Assembly (NCBI GenBank): GCA_036560705.1
Contig: DATBQR010000054.1
Coordinates: forward strand, 9,711-73,710
Direction: 5' to 3'
Length of the DNA: 64,000 bases
Source of the DNA: Burkholderiales bacterium
GTDB lineage: Bacteria > Pseudomonadota > Gammaproteobacteria > Burkholderiales > SG8-39
In this document: positions 1 through 9,903 of the stretch, one piece after another
Position numbering within the stretch: the first letter of the stretch is position 1
Layout: each line of letters opens with the position of its first letter
Translations under genes and position numbers: made by a program
Notes under the pieces: model-generated
The model's input: the letters and a program-made list of their open reading frames with translations, nothing else
Told to the model about the DNA's origin: nothing
Database searches by the model: none

Positions 1-1011
1 ACCGAACCCTGGGTGGGCGACGCGCTCGTCGCGCTGGCGAAGCGCTACGGCCACAAGCCGGTGCGCTGCAAGGACACGCCCGGCTTCATCGTCAACCACG
101 CGGGGCGCGGCTACGTGCCGGAAAGCCTGCGCGTGCTGCAGGAAGGCGTCGCCGACTTCGCCACCATCGACCGGATCCTGGTGGACGCGGCGGGATTCCG
201 CATCGGCCCGTTCGGGCTGCTCGATCTGGTCGGCCTGGATATCGCGCACGGCGTGATGAAGTCCATGCATGCGCAGTATTACGGCGAACCGAAATACCAG
301 CCGTCATTCCTGTCCGATCCGCGCGTCGCGGCGGGATTGCTCGGGAGGAAAACAGGCAGGGGTTGGTACAAGTATGGGAAGGATGGGGTTGCGGAGAAGA
401 TTCCTGAAATCCCCGTGCCGGGCGCCAAACCAGCGCCCGTCTGGTGCGTTCCTGAATTGAAGGAATTTGTTTCGAAATTCAATGCAAAGATAGAAGCAAA
501 ACCCTCGACAGACACCATCTGCTTCGTCGCCCCGCTCGGCCACGACGCGACCACGACGGCGCTGCAGCTGCAGATCGATCCGAAAAATACGGTGGCCATC
601 GATCCTCTGTTCGGCTTCAGCAAGCGCCGCACGCTGATGGCGACGCCCGTCACGAAACCGGACGTGCGCGACGCGGCGCACGCGCTGCTTGCGTCCGACG
701 GCGTGCCGGTGTCGGTGATCCGCGACTCGGCGGGATTCGTCGCGCAACGCGTCGTCGCGCACATCGTCAACGTGGGCTGCGACATCGTGCAGCAGCGCAT
801 CGCTTCGCCGGCGGATCTCGATTCAGCGGTGGTGCTCGGCCTCGGCTATCCGCACGGCCCGCTTGCCATGGGCGATGCGGTTGGAGCGAGCAAGGTTTTG
901 AGCATTCTCGATGCGATGCATGCCTTTTACCGGGAACCCCGCTACCGCCCGAGCCCGTGGCTGCGGCGGCGGGCACAATTGGGCGTTTCCCTTCTGACCG
1001 AAGAATCCTGA
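1..1011 (+). CDS. 3-hydroxyacyl-CoA dehydrogenase, C-terminal portion (5' end cut by window edge)
   Basis: Frame is open from nt 1. Translation (KDTPGFIVNHAGRGY, GPFGLLDLVGLDI) resembles the C-terminal domains of 3-hydroxyacyl/3-hydroxybutyryl-CoA dehydrogenases. A thiolase gene follows 29 nt downstream. Confidence 0.8.
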   Translation, partial: TEPWVGDALVALAKRYGHKPVRCKDTPGFIVNHAGRGYVPESLRVLQEGVADFATIDRILVDAAGFRIGPFGLLDLVGLDIAHGVMKSMHAQYYGEPKYQPSFLSDPRVAAGLLGRKTGRGWYKYGKDGVAEKIPEIPVPGAKPAPVWCVPELKEFVSKFNAKIEAKPSTDTICFVAPLGHDATTTALQLQIDPKNTVAIDPLFGFSKRRTLMATPVTKPDVRDAAHALLASDGVPVSVIRDSAGFVAQRVVAHIVNVGCDIVQQRIASPADLDSAVVLGLGYPHGPLAMGDAVGASKVLSILDAMHAFYREPRYRPSPWLRRRAQLGVSLLTEES

Positions 1012-1040
1012 AAACGAATACGTGAAAACCGAGGTTCCAA

Positions 1041-2249
1041 ATGCTTGATGCCTACATCTACGACGGTATTCGCTCCCCCATCGGCCGGCATGCCGGCAAG
1101 CTCGCCGGCCTGCGCCCGGATGATCTCGCCGGCGAAATGATCGCCGAGGTGGTCAAGCGCAACGGCGTCAAGCCCGAGGACATCAGCGACGTGATCCTCG
1201 GCTGCGTCACGCAGGCGGGCGAGGACTGCCGCAACGTGGCGCGCTTCGCCACGCTGATGGCGGGCCTGCCGCCCACCGTGCCCGGCGTCACCGTCAACCG
1301 CCTGTGCGCCTCCGGCCTGCAGGCGGTGACCGACGCGGCGCGCGCCATCACCGCGGGCGAAGGCGACCTCTACATCGCGGGCGGCGTCGAGAGCATGTCG
1401 CGCGCCCCGTTCGTGATGGGCAAGGCGGAATCACCGTATGGACGCGACGTGAAGATGTACGACACCACCATCGGGTCGCGCTTCACCAATCCGCGCTTCA
1501 GAAAAATGTACGGCGACCAGGCGATGCCGGAGACCGGCGACAACGTGGCGAAGGAATTCGGCGTCTCGCGCGAGCAGGCCGACGAGTTCGCGCTCGGCTC
1601 GCAGAAGAAGTACGCCAAGGCCGAAGCGGAAGGGTTTTACAAGGGAGAAATCCTGGAAATAAAAATTCCGAACAAGAAACGCGACGCACCTCCGACGATC
1701 ATCGCGCAAGACGAGCATCCGCGCCGCGACTCGACCATGGAATCGCTGGCGAAGCTGAAACCGCTCTACGAGGGCGGCGTGGTGACCGCGGGCAATGCAT
1801 CGGGCGTCAACGATGGAGCGGCGGCCCTGGTCATCGCGAGCCGGAAATGGGGCGAGAAGAACGGCAAGAAACCCATCGCAAAAATCCTCTCCGCCGCCTC
1901 CGCCGCGGTCGAGCCGCGCATCATGGGCGTCGGCCCGGCCTACGCCATTCCGAAAGCACTCGAACGCGCCAATCTTTCGCTCAAGGACATGGACGTCATC
2001 GAGATCAACGAGGCTTTCGCCAGCCAGGTGCTGGGCTGCCTCGCGCTGATGAAGGTGGACTTCAAGGACCCGCGCGTGAACCCCAACGGCGGCGCCATCG
2101 CCATCGGCCACCCGCTCGGCTGCTCGGGCGCGCGCCTCGCGCTCACCGTGGCGCGGCAACTGCAGGAAACTGGCAGCAAATACGCCGCCGTGTCCCTGTG
2201 CATCGGCGTCGGCCAGGGGCTCGCGGTGATCCTCGAGCGCGCGGTCTGA
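1041..2249 (+). CDS. acetyl-CoA C-acyltransferase / 3-oxoadipyl-CoA-type thiolase
   Basis: 402-aa ORF with thiolase hallmarks: active-site region VNRLCASGLQA, NEAFASQ, and C-terminal GHPLGCSGARL / CIGVGQG. Confidence 0.9.
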   Translation: MLDAYIYDGIRSPIGRHAGKLAGLRPDDLAGEMIAEVVKRNGVKPEDISDVILGCVTQAGEDCRNVARFATLMAGLPPTVPGVTVNRLCASGLQAVTDAARAITAGEGDLYIAGGVESMSRAPFVMGKAESPYGRDVKMYDTTIGSRFTNPRFRKMYGDQAMPETGDNVAKEFGVSREQADEFALGSQKKYAKAEAEGFYKGEILEIKIPNKKRDAPPTIIAQDEHPRRDSTMESLAKLKPLYEGGVVTAGNASGVNDGAAALVIASRKWGEKNGKKPIAKILSAASAAVEPRIMGVGPAYAIPKALERANLSLKDMDVIEINEAFASQVLGCLALMKVDFKDPRVNPNGGAIAIGHPLGCSGARLALTVARQLQETGSKYAAVSLCIGVGQGLAVILERAV

Positions 2250-2262
2250 CAACCGCCGCGCG

Positions 2263-4293
2263 TCACATCTTCAGCAGGTTCGGCAGGAACAGCGACAGCC
2301 CGGGCCAGAAGGTCACGATGCCGAGGAACACGAGCATGGTGACCAGCCAGGGCCAGACCGCGATGGTGAGTTCGGTAATACCCATCTTCGTAATACCGGT
2401 CGCCACATAAAGGTTAAGGCCGACCGGGGGGTGGCACATGCCCACTTCCATGTTCACCGTCATCAGGATGCCGAAGTGGATCGGGTTGATGCCGAGCTTC
2501 ATGGCCACCGGGAACAGGATCGGCGCCATGATCAGGATGATGGAGGACGGCTCCATCAGGTTGCCGGCCACCAGCAGGATGACGTTGACGAGGAGCAGGA
2601 ACGCCACCCAGCCGAATCCGCGCGCCACCATCCAGTCGGCCATCGCCTGCGGGATGTTCTCGTTGGTCATGAGGAATGAAAACAGCACTGCGTTGGTGAT
2701 GATGTAGAGCAGCATCGCGCTGGTGTTGGCCGACGCCAGCAGCACGCGCGGCACGTCGCGCAGCCGCATGTCCTTGTAGACGAACACCGCGATGACGAAG
2801 GCGTAAACGGCGCTCATCGCCGCCGCCTCGGTCGGCGTGAAGATGCCGGTATAGATGCCGCCGATGACGATCACGATCAGCAGCAGCCCCCAGGCCGAGT
2901 CGCGGAACGAAGTCAGCCGCTCGACCGCGCCCGCCACGGGCATGCGGGGGTAATTGTTCTTTTTCGCGCGGTACCAGGTGGTGATGCCGAGCATGGTGGC
3001 GAGCATCAGGCCCGGGACGATGCCGGCGATGAACAGCTTGCCCACCGAGGTGTTGGTCGAGACCGCGAACAGCACCATGGCGATGGAGGGCGGGATGAGG
3101 ATGCCGAGCGCGCCCGAGGTGGTCACGATGCCGGCGCCGAAGCGCGGCGGGAAACCCTGCGCGATCATCGCCGGGATGACCACCGAGCCGATCGCCACCA
3201 CGGTGGCGGGCGAGGAGCCGGAGACCGCCGCGAACAGCGCGCAGCCCATCACCGCGGCGAGCCCGAGGCCGCCGTGGAAGTGCCCGATCAGCGAAGTGGC
3301 GAACTTGATCATGCGGCGCGCCACGCCGCCATGGGTGAGGAAGTTGCCCGCGAGGATGAAGAACGGCACCGCCATGATCTCGAAATTCTCGATGCCGGTG
3401 AACAGCTTCATCGCCACGGAGTCGAGCGGCACCGTGGTGAGCGTGAACAGGAAAGTGAGCACCGTCAGGCCGAGCGCGATGGAAATCGGCATGCCGGTGA
3501 GCATCAGCGAGACCAGCAGCGCGAACACCACCGTCGTGCGCGCCGCTCCGCTTAGCTCGATGACGCCGAATTTCGACGCCAGCCCGGCGGCGAGCAGCAG
3601 CAGCGGCAGCGCGATCAGGATCGGGCTCATGATCGCGCCGCCCGTGCGGCGAGCGACCACCGGCGGCGCTATCGCGGCGGATGACGATTCCGCGACCCCC
3701 TCGACGTGCCCGATGTCGTGGTGCGGCAGCGCACCGCTGCGGAAGAACTGCCAGCCGACCTGCAGGAAGCGGAAGCACATCAGCGAGGAACCGAGCGGGA
3801 TCGCCAGGTAGACGATCCACATCGGCGCCTCCATGTCGTTGGAGACCGTCCCGGCGAGGTAGATGCCGTAGACGAAGCGCGCGCCGAAGGCCGCGATCAT
3901 GCTGGTGAACAGCGCGCCGCAGAACAGCCCGAACAGGATCACCTTCTTCGCGCGCTCGGGCGCCATGCGCGCGACGAACACGTCGACGCCGACGTGGATC
4001 CCGGTGCGCACGCCGTAGGCGGCGCCGAATTTCGCCATCCAGATGAACATGTAGATGCACAGCTCCTGGATCCAGGACAGGTCCCAGGCGCTCAGCCAGT
4101 GGTAGACCGCCCTGAGCGGCGGCGACAGCCAGGGCAGACCGTGCGCCACGGCCCATTTCGCGACGTCGATCGAACTCGAGGTGCCGTAACGGTGCACCAC
4201 GGCGACGAAAACGATCGCGGTGGCGACCGCGATGAGGGTGGCGATCAGCCACTCCTCGAGGCGGTTCAGGAACCGGTTAAGCAGGGCGGCCAC
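2263..4293 (-). CDS. TRAP transporter, fused small (DctQ) and large (DctM) permease
   Basis: 676-aa highly hydrophobic ORF. The N-terminal ~200 aa look like the small subunit and the remainder like a DctM-type large permease. It lies directly downstream of a DctP-family binding protein. Confidence 0.85.
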   Translation of the reverse strand: MAALLNRFLNRLEEWLIATLIAVATAIVFVAVVHRYGTSSSIDVAKWAVAHGLPWLSPPLRAVYHWLSAWDLSWIQELCIYMFIWMAKFGAAYGVRTGIHVGVDVFVARMAPERAKKVILFGLFCGALFTSMIAAFGARFVYGIYLAGTVSNDMEAPMWIVYLAIPLGSSLMCFRFLQVGWQFFRSGALPHHDIGHVEGVAESSSAAIAPPVVARRTGGAIMSPILIALPLLLLAAGLASKFGVIELSGAARTTVVFALLVSLMLTGMPISIALGLTVLTFLFTLTTVPLDSVAMKLFTGIENFEIMAVPFFILAGNFLTHGGVARRMIKFATSLIGHFHGGLGLAAVMGCALFAAVSGSSPATVVAIGSVVIPAMIAQGFPPRFGAGIVTTSGALGILIPPSIAMVLFAVSTNTSVGKLFIAGIVPGLMLATMLGITTWYRAKKNNYPRMPVAGAVERLTSFRDSAWGLLLIVIVIGGIYTGIFTPTEAAAMSAVYAFVIAVFVYKDMRLRDVPRVLLASANTSAMLLYIITNAVLFSFLMTNENIPQAMADWMVARGFGWVAFLLLVNVILLVAGNLMEPSSIILIMAPILFPVAMKLGINPIHFGILMTVNMEVGMCHPPVGLNLYVATGITKMGITELTIAVWPWLVTMLVFLGIVTFWPGLSLFLPNLLKM

Positions 4294-4356
4294 GGAATGC
4301 GGGGCAAGAAAACGCCGCCGGAAGCGGAACGCGCTTCGGGCGGCGTGTGTGCCTGG

Positions 4357-5349
4357 TCAGCCTTTGAAGCCGGCTTCCTTGAGGAGCATTTCAATGACCT
4401 CCTTGCCGACCCGCGGTTCCACCGCCTTGTAGACCGGTCGCAGCGTGTCGATCCAGACCTGGCGCTGCGCGGGCGTCAGTTCGTGGATGGTGGTCTTGCC
4501 CGACGCCCTGATGTTCGCGAGCGCATCCACGTTCTCCTTCAGGGCGACCGAGTTGCTGTAGTCCGTCGCCTCCTTCATCGCCTTGTCCAGCTCGCTGCGG
4601 ATGGCGGGCGGCAGGCCGTCCCAGAACGCGGTCGTGGCGGTCACCGTGTACTGCAGGTGCGCGTGGTTCGAGATGGTGATGTCCTTCTGCACCTCGAAGA
4701 ACTTCTGCGTCCAGTAGTTCGAGGGCGTGTTCTCGCAACCGTCGACGACGCCGGTCTGCAGCGCCTGGTAGACCTCGGAGAACGCCATGATCTGCGGCAG
4801 CGCGCCCATGGCGCGGAAATACGCGTCGCCGACCTTGGATCCGGATATGCGGATCTTCAGCCCCTGGAAATCGCTCGGCTTGATGAGCGGCCGGTTGGCC
4901 GAGGCCATGTAGAAGCCGTTGTCCCAGTAGGCGAGGCCCTTGATGCCCTTGGTTTCGAGTTTTTTCAGCAGGTACTTGCCCACCGGCCCGTTGACGACTT
5001 TCTCGTACGTCGCCTGGTCGGGAAAAATGAACGGCAGGTCGAGCGCTTCGAACTCGCTGATGCCGAGCGGGCGGAACTTGGCCGTCGAGGGCGCGAGCAG
5101 CTGGACCGAGCCGAGCTTGAGCGCATCGAGCTCCTCCTTGTCCTTGTACAGGGTCGAGTTCGGATAGACCTCGACCTTGACCTTGCCGCCGGTGTACTTC
5201 TCGGCGAGTTCCTTGAACTTAAGCGCGCCGATGCCCTTGGGCGTGTCGTTGGTGACGACGTGGCTGAACTTGATGACGATGGGCTGCTGCGCGAAGGCAG
5301 GCTGCGCGAATACAGCTGCGGCCGCTAGGCCGAAGACGAACTTCCTCAT
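4357..5349 (-). CDS. TRAP transporter substrate-binding protein (DctP family)
   Basis: Start chosen at the internal ATG giving MRKFVFGLAAAAVFAQPAFAQQ (signal peptide). The rest is DctP-like (YPNSTLYKDKEE, WDNGF). The upstream extension in the ORF track is Arg/Ser-rich and unlikely to be coding. Confidence 0.85.
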   Translation of the reverse strand: MRKFVFGLAAAAVFAQPAFAQQPIVIKFSHVVTNDTPKGIGALKFKELAEKYTGGKVKVEVYPNSTLYKDKEELDALKLGSVQLLAPSTAKFRPLGISEFEALDLPFIFPDQATYEKVVNGPVGKYLLKKLETKGIKGLAYWDNGFYMASANRPLIKPSDFQGLKIRISGSKVGDAYFRAMGALPQIMAFSEVYQALQTGVVDGCENTPSNYWTQKFFEVQKDITISNHAHLQYTVTATTAFWDGLPPAIRSELDKAMKEATDYSNSVALKENVDALANIRASGKTTIHELTPAQRQVWIDTLRPVYKAVEPRVGKEVIEMLLKEAGFKG

Positions 5350-5491
5350 GACTCCCCTCCTCCTGTTATTCGCGGAACATCGTGGTCCCGCGTAATTCCC
5401 CGACTCCCTGCGGGTAATTCTCTCACATCGGCCGGGACTGCCGGCCACCCCCGGGGGCGATAGAATGGCGGCAGCTTCCGAGGACTGCTCC

Positions 5492-6691
5492 ATGAACGCT
5501 CCCGAAAAAAACAAGGGCAAGACCCGTTTCGCGTGGGACGACCCCCTGCTGCTCGACCAGCAGCTCTCCGAGGACGAGCGCATGGTGCGCGACGCCGCGC
5601 GCGCCTACTGCCAGGACAAGCTGGCGCCGCGCGCGACGGAGGCGTTCCGCCACGAGAAGACCGATCCGGCGATCTTCCGCGAGATGGGCGCGCTCGGCCT
5701 GCTCGGGCCGACGATCCCGGAGGAATACGGCGGGCCGGGCCTGAACTACGTGAGCTACGGCCTGATCGCGCGCGAAGTCGAGCGCGTCGACTCCGGCTAC
5801 CGCTCGATGATGAGCGTGCAGTCTTCGCTGGTCATGGTTCCTATTTTTGTATTTGGTTCTTCTGAAACAAAACAAAAATATTTGCCCAAGCTCGCCTCGG
5901 GGGATTGGATCGGCTGCTTCGGCCTCACCGAGCCGAACCACGGCTCCGACCCCGCGTCGATGGTGACGCGCGCGAAGAAAGTCGCCGGCGGCTACAGCCT
6001 CTCCGGCGCGAAGATGTGGATCTCCAACTCGCCGATCGCCGACGTCTTCGTCGTCTGGGCGAAGGACGACGAGGGGGCTATCCGAGGGTTTGTACTTGAA
6101 AAATCTTTTAAAAATTTAACTACCCCGCCCATTCACGGGAAAGTCGGGCTTCGCACTTCCATCACCGGCGAGATCGTCATGGACGGGGTCTTCTGCCCGG
6201 AAGAGAACGCCTTCCCCGAGGTGCGCGGCCTGAAAGGCCCCTTCACCTGCCTCGACTCGGCGCGCTACGGCATCGCCTGGGGCGCTCTCGGCGCGGCAGA
6301 GGACTGTTGGCACCGTGCCCGCCAATATGTGCTCGACCGCAAGCAGTTCGGCCGGCCGCTCGCCGCCAACCAGCTCATCCAGAAAAAGCTCGCCGACATG
6401 CAGACCGAAATCACGCTCGGCCTGCAGGGCTGCCTGCGCCTCGGACGCATGAAGGACGAGGGCGTCGCCTCTGTCGAAATCACTTCGATCATGAAGCGCA
6501 ATTCCTGCGGCAAGTCGCTCGACATCGCGCGCCTGGCGCGCGACATGATGGGCGGCAACGGCATCTCGGACGAATTCGGCGTCGCGCGCCACCTCGTCAA
6601 CCTCGAGGTGGTGAACACCTACGAAGGCACGCACGACATCCACGCGCTGATCCTCGGCCGGGCGATGACGGGGATCCAGGCGTTCAACTGA
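5492..6691 (+). CDS. gcdH: glutaryl-CoA dehydrogenase
   Basis: Full-length acyl-CoA dehydrogenase with glutaryl-CoA dehydrogenase-type sequence ([41 protein letters not shown]). GAGGA lies 7 nt before ATG 5492. An alternative ATG is at 5465. Confidence 0.9.
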   Translation: MNAPEKNKGKTRFAWDDPLLLDQQLSEDERMVRDAARAYCQDKLAPRATEAFRHEKTDPAIFREMGALGLLGPTIPEEYGGPGLNYVSYGLIAREVERVDSGYRSMMSVQSSLVMVPIFVFGSSETKQKYLPKLASGDWIGCFGLTEPNHGSDPASMVTRAKKVAGGYSLSGAKMWISNSPIADVFVVWAKDDEGAIRGFVLEKSFKNLTTPPIHGKVGLRTSITGEIVMDGVFCPEENAFPEVRGLKGPFTCLDSARYGIAWGALGAAEDCWHRARQYVLDRKQFGRPLAANQLIQKKLADMQTEITLGLQGCLRLGRMKDEGVASVEITSIMKRNSCGKSLDIARLARDMMGGNGISDEFGVARHLVNLEVVNTYEGTHDIHALILGRAMTGIQAFN

Positions 6692-6714
6692 AACCTCCGG
6701 GTTCCTGATCCGGC

Positions 6715-8127
6715 GTGAACGAGGAACGGTCGCAGAGGTTCCTGCTGTGGCTGGTGGCGGTCGGCTTCTTCATGCAGACGCTGGACTCCACCATCGTCAA
6801 TACCGCGCTGCCGACCATGGCGCGCGACCTCGGCGAAAGCCCGCTGCGCATGCAATCGGTGGTGATCGCCTACGCGCTGACCATGGCGATGCTGATCCCC
6901 GCCTCCGGCTGGCTCGCCGACCGCTTCGGCACGCGGCGCGCTTTCTTCGGCGCCATCCTGCTGTTCATGAGCGGGTCGCTGCTTTGCGCGCTGTCGCACA
7001 GCGTGACGCAGCTGGTGGTTTCCCGCGTGATCCAGGGCGCGGGCGGCGCCATGCTGCTGCCGGTGGGCCGGCTGTCGGTGCTGCGCTCGGTGCCGCGCCA
7101 GAAGTTCCTGCAGGCGATGGCCTTCGTCTCGGTTCCCGGCATGGTCGGCCCGCTGATCGGCCCGACCCTGGGCGGCTGGCTGGTCGAGGCCGCCTCGTGG
7201 CACTGGATCTTCCTCATCAACATCCCGATCGGCCTCGCCGGCGGCATCGCCACGCTCGCCTGGATGCCGGACAGCCGTCCCGCCGCGGTGCCGCGCTTCG
7301 ACGCCACCGGCTACCTGATGATCGCGATCGGCATGGTGACCGTTTCCCTGTCGCTCGACGGCCTGTCGGAGCTGGGCATGCGCCACGCTTCGGTGCTCGT
7401 GCTGCTGGTTTTCGGCTTCGCCAGCCTGACCGCCTACTGGCTGCACGCGGCGCAGCGGCCCGACCCGCTGTTCCCGCCGCAGTTGTTCGCGGTGCACACC
7501 TTCAGCATCGGCCTGCTCGGCAATCTGTTCGCGCGCATCGGCAGCGGCAGCATGCCGTTCCTGATCCCGCTGCTGCTGCAGGTGAGCCTCGGCTTTTCGC
7601 CCGCGCAGGCCGGGCTGATGATGATCCCGGTCGCCGCCGCGGCGATCCTCTGCAAGTCCCTCGTCACCCCGCTGATCACGCTCGTGGGCTACCGCAGGGT
7701 GCTGGTGACCAACACCATCGTCGTGGGGCTCGCCATCGCCAGCTTCGCGCTGTTCCATCCGGAAAGCCCGCTGTGGCTGCGCATCGTGCAGCTGGCGATC
7801 TTCGGCGCGGCGAACTCCCTGCAGTTCACCGCGATGAACACCATCACGCTGAAGGACCTCGACACCGCCGGCGCGAGCAGCGGCAACAGCCTGCTGTCGA
7901 TGGTGCAGATGCTTTCCATGAGCCTCGGGGTGGCGGTCGCCGGCGCCCTGCTGGCGACGTTCAGCTCGATGTCCGGCGGGGGCTCGCTGGCGCAGGCGCT
8001 GCCCGCCTTCCATGCGACCTTCGTCGCCGTGGGCCTCATCACTTGCGCCTCGGGCTGGATTTTCTGGCAGCTGTCGCCCGACGTCCGCATCGGCAGCCGG
8101 CCGGTCGAACCATCGGAGATCGCCTAG
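6715..8127 (+). CDS. MFS transporter, DHA2/MdtD-like (14-TMS type)
   Basis: 470-aa ORF with a GTG start. MFS motifs include LDSTIVNTALPTM and GWLADRFGTRR. The hydrophobicity pattern fits EmrB/MdtD-type exporters. Confidence 0.85.
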   Translation: MNEERSQRFLLWLVAVGFFMQTLDSTIVNTALPTMARDLGESPLRMQSVVIAYALTMAMLIPASGWLADRFGTRRAFFGAILLFMSGSLLCALSHSVTQLVVSRVIQGAGGAMLLPVGRLSVLRSVPRQKFLQAMAFVSVPGMVGPLIGPTLGGWLVEAASWHWIFLINIPIGLAGGIATLAWMPDSRPAAVPRFDATGYLMIAIGMVTVSLSLDGLSELGMRHASVLVLLVFGFASLTAYWLHAAQRPDPLFPPQLFAVHTFSIGLLGNLFARIGSGSMPFLIPLLLQVSLGFSPAQAGLMMIPVAAAAILCKSLVTPLITLVGYRRVLVTNTIVVGLAIASFALFHPESPLWLRIVQLAIFGAANSLQFTAMNTITLKDLDTAGASSGNSLLSMVQMLSMSLGVAVAGALLATFSSMSGGGSLAQALPAFHATFVAVGLITCASGWIFWQLSPDVRIGSRPVEPSEIA

Positions 8128-8135
8128 CCGTGCCG

Positions 8136-8825
8136 ATGCGCCACGGCGAACGGCACCGCAGCGACCGCATCGGCTGGCTGCGCGCGGCAGTGCTGGGGGC
8201 GAACGACGGCATCGTCTCCACCGCCAGCCTGGTCCTCGGCGTCGCCGCCGCGAGCGCGACGCAGGGTGAAATCCTGATTGCCGGCGTCGCCGGCCTCGTC
8301 GCGGGCGCCATGTCGATGGCCGCCGGCGAATATGTCTCCGTCCACTCGCAGGCCGACACCGAACGGGCCGACCTCGAGCGCGAGCGCGGGGAACTCAAGG
8401 CCGACGACCCGGGCGAACGCCGGGAGCTGGCGGCGATCTATGTTGCCCGCGGCCTCGATGCCGAGCTGGCGAAAAAAGTCGCCGACCAGCTGATGGCGCA
8501 CGACGCCCTCGGCGCGCACGCGCGCGACGAACTGGGCATCACGCCGAGAGCCGCCGCGCGCCCGATCCAGGCGGCGCTCGCCTCGGCCTGCAGCTTCGCC
8601 GTCGGCGCGGCGCTGCCCCTTTCGGTGGCGGCCATCGCGCCAAAGGCGATCCTGCTCCCGGCCGTCTCCGCGACTTCCCTGGTGTTTCTCGCGCTGCTGG
8701 GCGCCCTCGCCGCCCGCGCGGGCGGCGCGAACACGCTCGTGGGCGCGTGGCGCGTCACCTTCTGGGGCGCGCTCGCCATGGCGGTGACCGCCGGCATCGG
8801 CGCCTTGTTCGGCACCGTCGCGTGA
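8136..8825 (+). CDS. VIT1/CCC1-family membrane protein (putative Fe/Mn transporter)
   Basis: This is the C-terminal part of the long track ORF 6747..8825. From ATG 8136 the translation reads GANDGIVSTASLVLGVAAA, GEYVSV, then a charged central loop and C-terminal TM helices, all typical of the VIT family. A GTG alternative is at 8130. Confidence 0.8.
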   Translation: MRHGERHRSDRIGWLRAAVLGANDGIVSTASLVLGVAAASATQGEILIAGVAGLVAGAMSMAAGEYVSVHSQADTERADLERERGELKADDPGERRELAAIYVARGLDAELAKKVADQLMAHDALGAHARDELGITPRAAARPIQAALASACSFAVGAALPLSVAAIAPKAILLPAVSATSLVFLALLGALAARAGGANTLVGAWRVTFWGALAMAVTAGIGALFGTVA

Positions 8826-8869
8826 TCTAGAGTACGGCGGTCCGGCAGCAAAACATCTCGAGGTGCCGC

Positions 8870-9658
8870 ATGAAGATCCGGCTCAACGCAATCATCGCCA
8901 TTTGCTTCTCGGCGTCCCTGCCGCAGGCCGTTGCGCAGACCGTCCAGAGCGTCGTCGACATCCCTACGCGGCCGGACATCACCCAGCGCCTGCTCGTGCT
9001 CACGCCGCCGGCGGCGAAGGCGGCGGTCGTCATGTTTGCCGGCGGCAATGGCGCCGTGCAGATATCCCCCAACGGTTCGATCAAGCGGGACGGCAATTTT
9101 CTCGTGCGCACGCGCCAGCTTTTCGCCGACCAGGGCCTCGTGGTGGCGATCCTCGACGTGCCTTCCGACCGGCAACGCGCTCCCTATCTCGCGGGATTCC
9201 GCCAGACTCCCGAGCATGCGGCGGACGTCAAGGCCGTCATCGCCTGGCTGCGCGGCAAGACGAAGCTGCCGGTGTGGCTGATCGGCACCAGCCGCGGCAC
9301 GCAGTCCGTCGGCTACGTCGCCACCGAGCTTGCCGGCGACGGCGGGCCCGACGGCATCGTCCTGACCTCCACCATCCTGCTCGATCCGCGAGGCCGCCCC
9401 GTCCCGGCCATGCCGCTGGAAAAAATAAGAATTCCGGTCCTCGTCGTGCATCACGAGCAGGATGAATGCAGGGTCACCCCGTTCGGGGAAGTACAGACGC
9501 TCATGGCGAAGCTGGGAAACTCGCCGAGAAAGGAACTGCTCACGTTCAAGGGCGGGCAGAGCACCGGCGATCTCTGCGAGGCCTTCGCGTACCACGGCTA
9601 CAACGGCGTCGAAGCGGAGGTCGTCCAGAAGATTGCGGCATGGGTTATCGCGAAGTAG
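8870..9658 (+). CDS. secreted alpha/beta-fold hydrolase (function unknown)
   Basis: 262-aa ORF with a signal peptide (AICFSASLPQAVAQ). A nucleophile-elbow-like GTSRG and overall length fit an alpha/beta hydrolase. Confidence 0.65.
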   Translation: MKIRLNAIIAICFSASLPQAVAQTVQSVVDIPTRPDITQRLLVLTPPAAKAAVVMFAGGNGAVQISPNGSIKRDGNFLVRTRQLFADQGLVVAILDVPSDRQRAPYLAGFRQTPEHAADVKAVIAWLRGKTKLPVWLIGTSRGTQSVGYVATELAGDGGPDGIVLTSTILLDPRGRPVPAMPLEKIRIPVLVVHHEQDECRVTPFGEVQTLMAKLGNSPRKELLTFKGGQSTGDLCEAFAYHGYNGVEAEVVQKIAAWVIAK

Positions 9659-9735
9659 CGATGTGCGCGCGCAGACGCGGGCAGATCCAGACAGTGGCGT
9701 AACCTAGGGGCCTCGCAACGCCACGGGAGCATCGC

Positions 9736-9876
9736 ATGACCCTCTGCCCGATCGCCATCGCCGCCGGCTGCAAGAAGTGCCCCGCGTTCAAGGTCTGTCC
9801 ACTGAAGAGCGTGATCGGCGACTACAAGCCCGAACAAACGCCGCCGACTTCTGGCAGCGCCGAAAAGAAGCCCTAG
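9736..9876 (+). CDS. small Cys-rich hypothetical protein (46 aa)
   Basis: Not in the ORF track because it is under 60 aa. ATG is preceded by GGGAG. Translation is MTLCPIAIAAGCKKCPAFKVCPLKSVIGDYKPEQTPPTSGSAEKKP, with two CxxC-like pairs. It fills an otherwise unexplained 245-nt gap. Confidence 0.4.
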   Translation: MTLCPIAIAAGCKKCPAFKVCPLKSVIGDYKPEQTPPTSGSAEKKP

Positions 9877-9903
9877 CCTCCGCTTTTCCGACCGTCCACC
9901 AAT

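Noticed and set aside
2414-5328. Very long alternative-frame or antisense ORFs. Examples are 2414..4252(-), 3706..5328(+), 6619..8013(-), the 5' part of 6747..8825(+), 12942..14726(+), 14705..15994(-), 29580..30791(-), 31611..33410(-), 35357..37309(+), the 5' part of 37997..40108(+), 44557..46224(+), 46003..48303(-) and 46269..48965(+).
   Set aside because: Their translations are low-complexity Arg/Pro/Gly/Ala/His-rich strings with no motifs. Each overlaps a frame that encodes a clearly recognisable protein. Long stop-free shadow ORFs are expected in DNA of this GC content.
4357-5583. N-terminal extensions suggested by the ORF track for several genes: dctP 5583, mobB 18841, Spy-like 50924, DUF1801 56286, the monooxygenase 58923, and others.
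   Set aside because: The extensions are Arg/Ser/Pro-rich and lack an RBS. They also precede internal starts that yield canonical signal peptides or family N-termini with good Shine-Dalgarno spacing.
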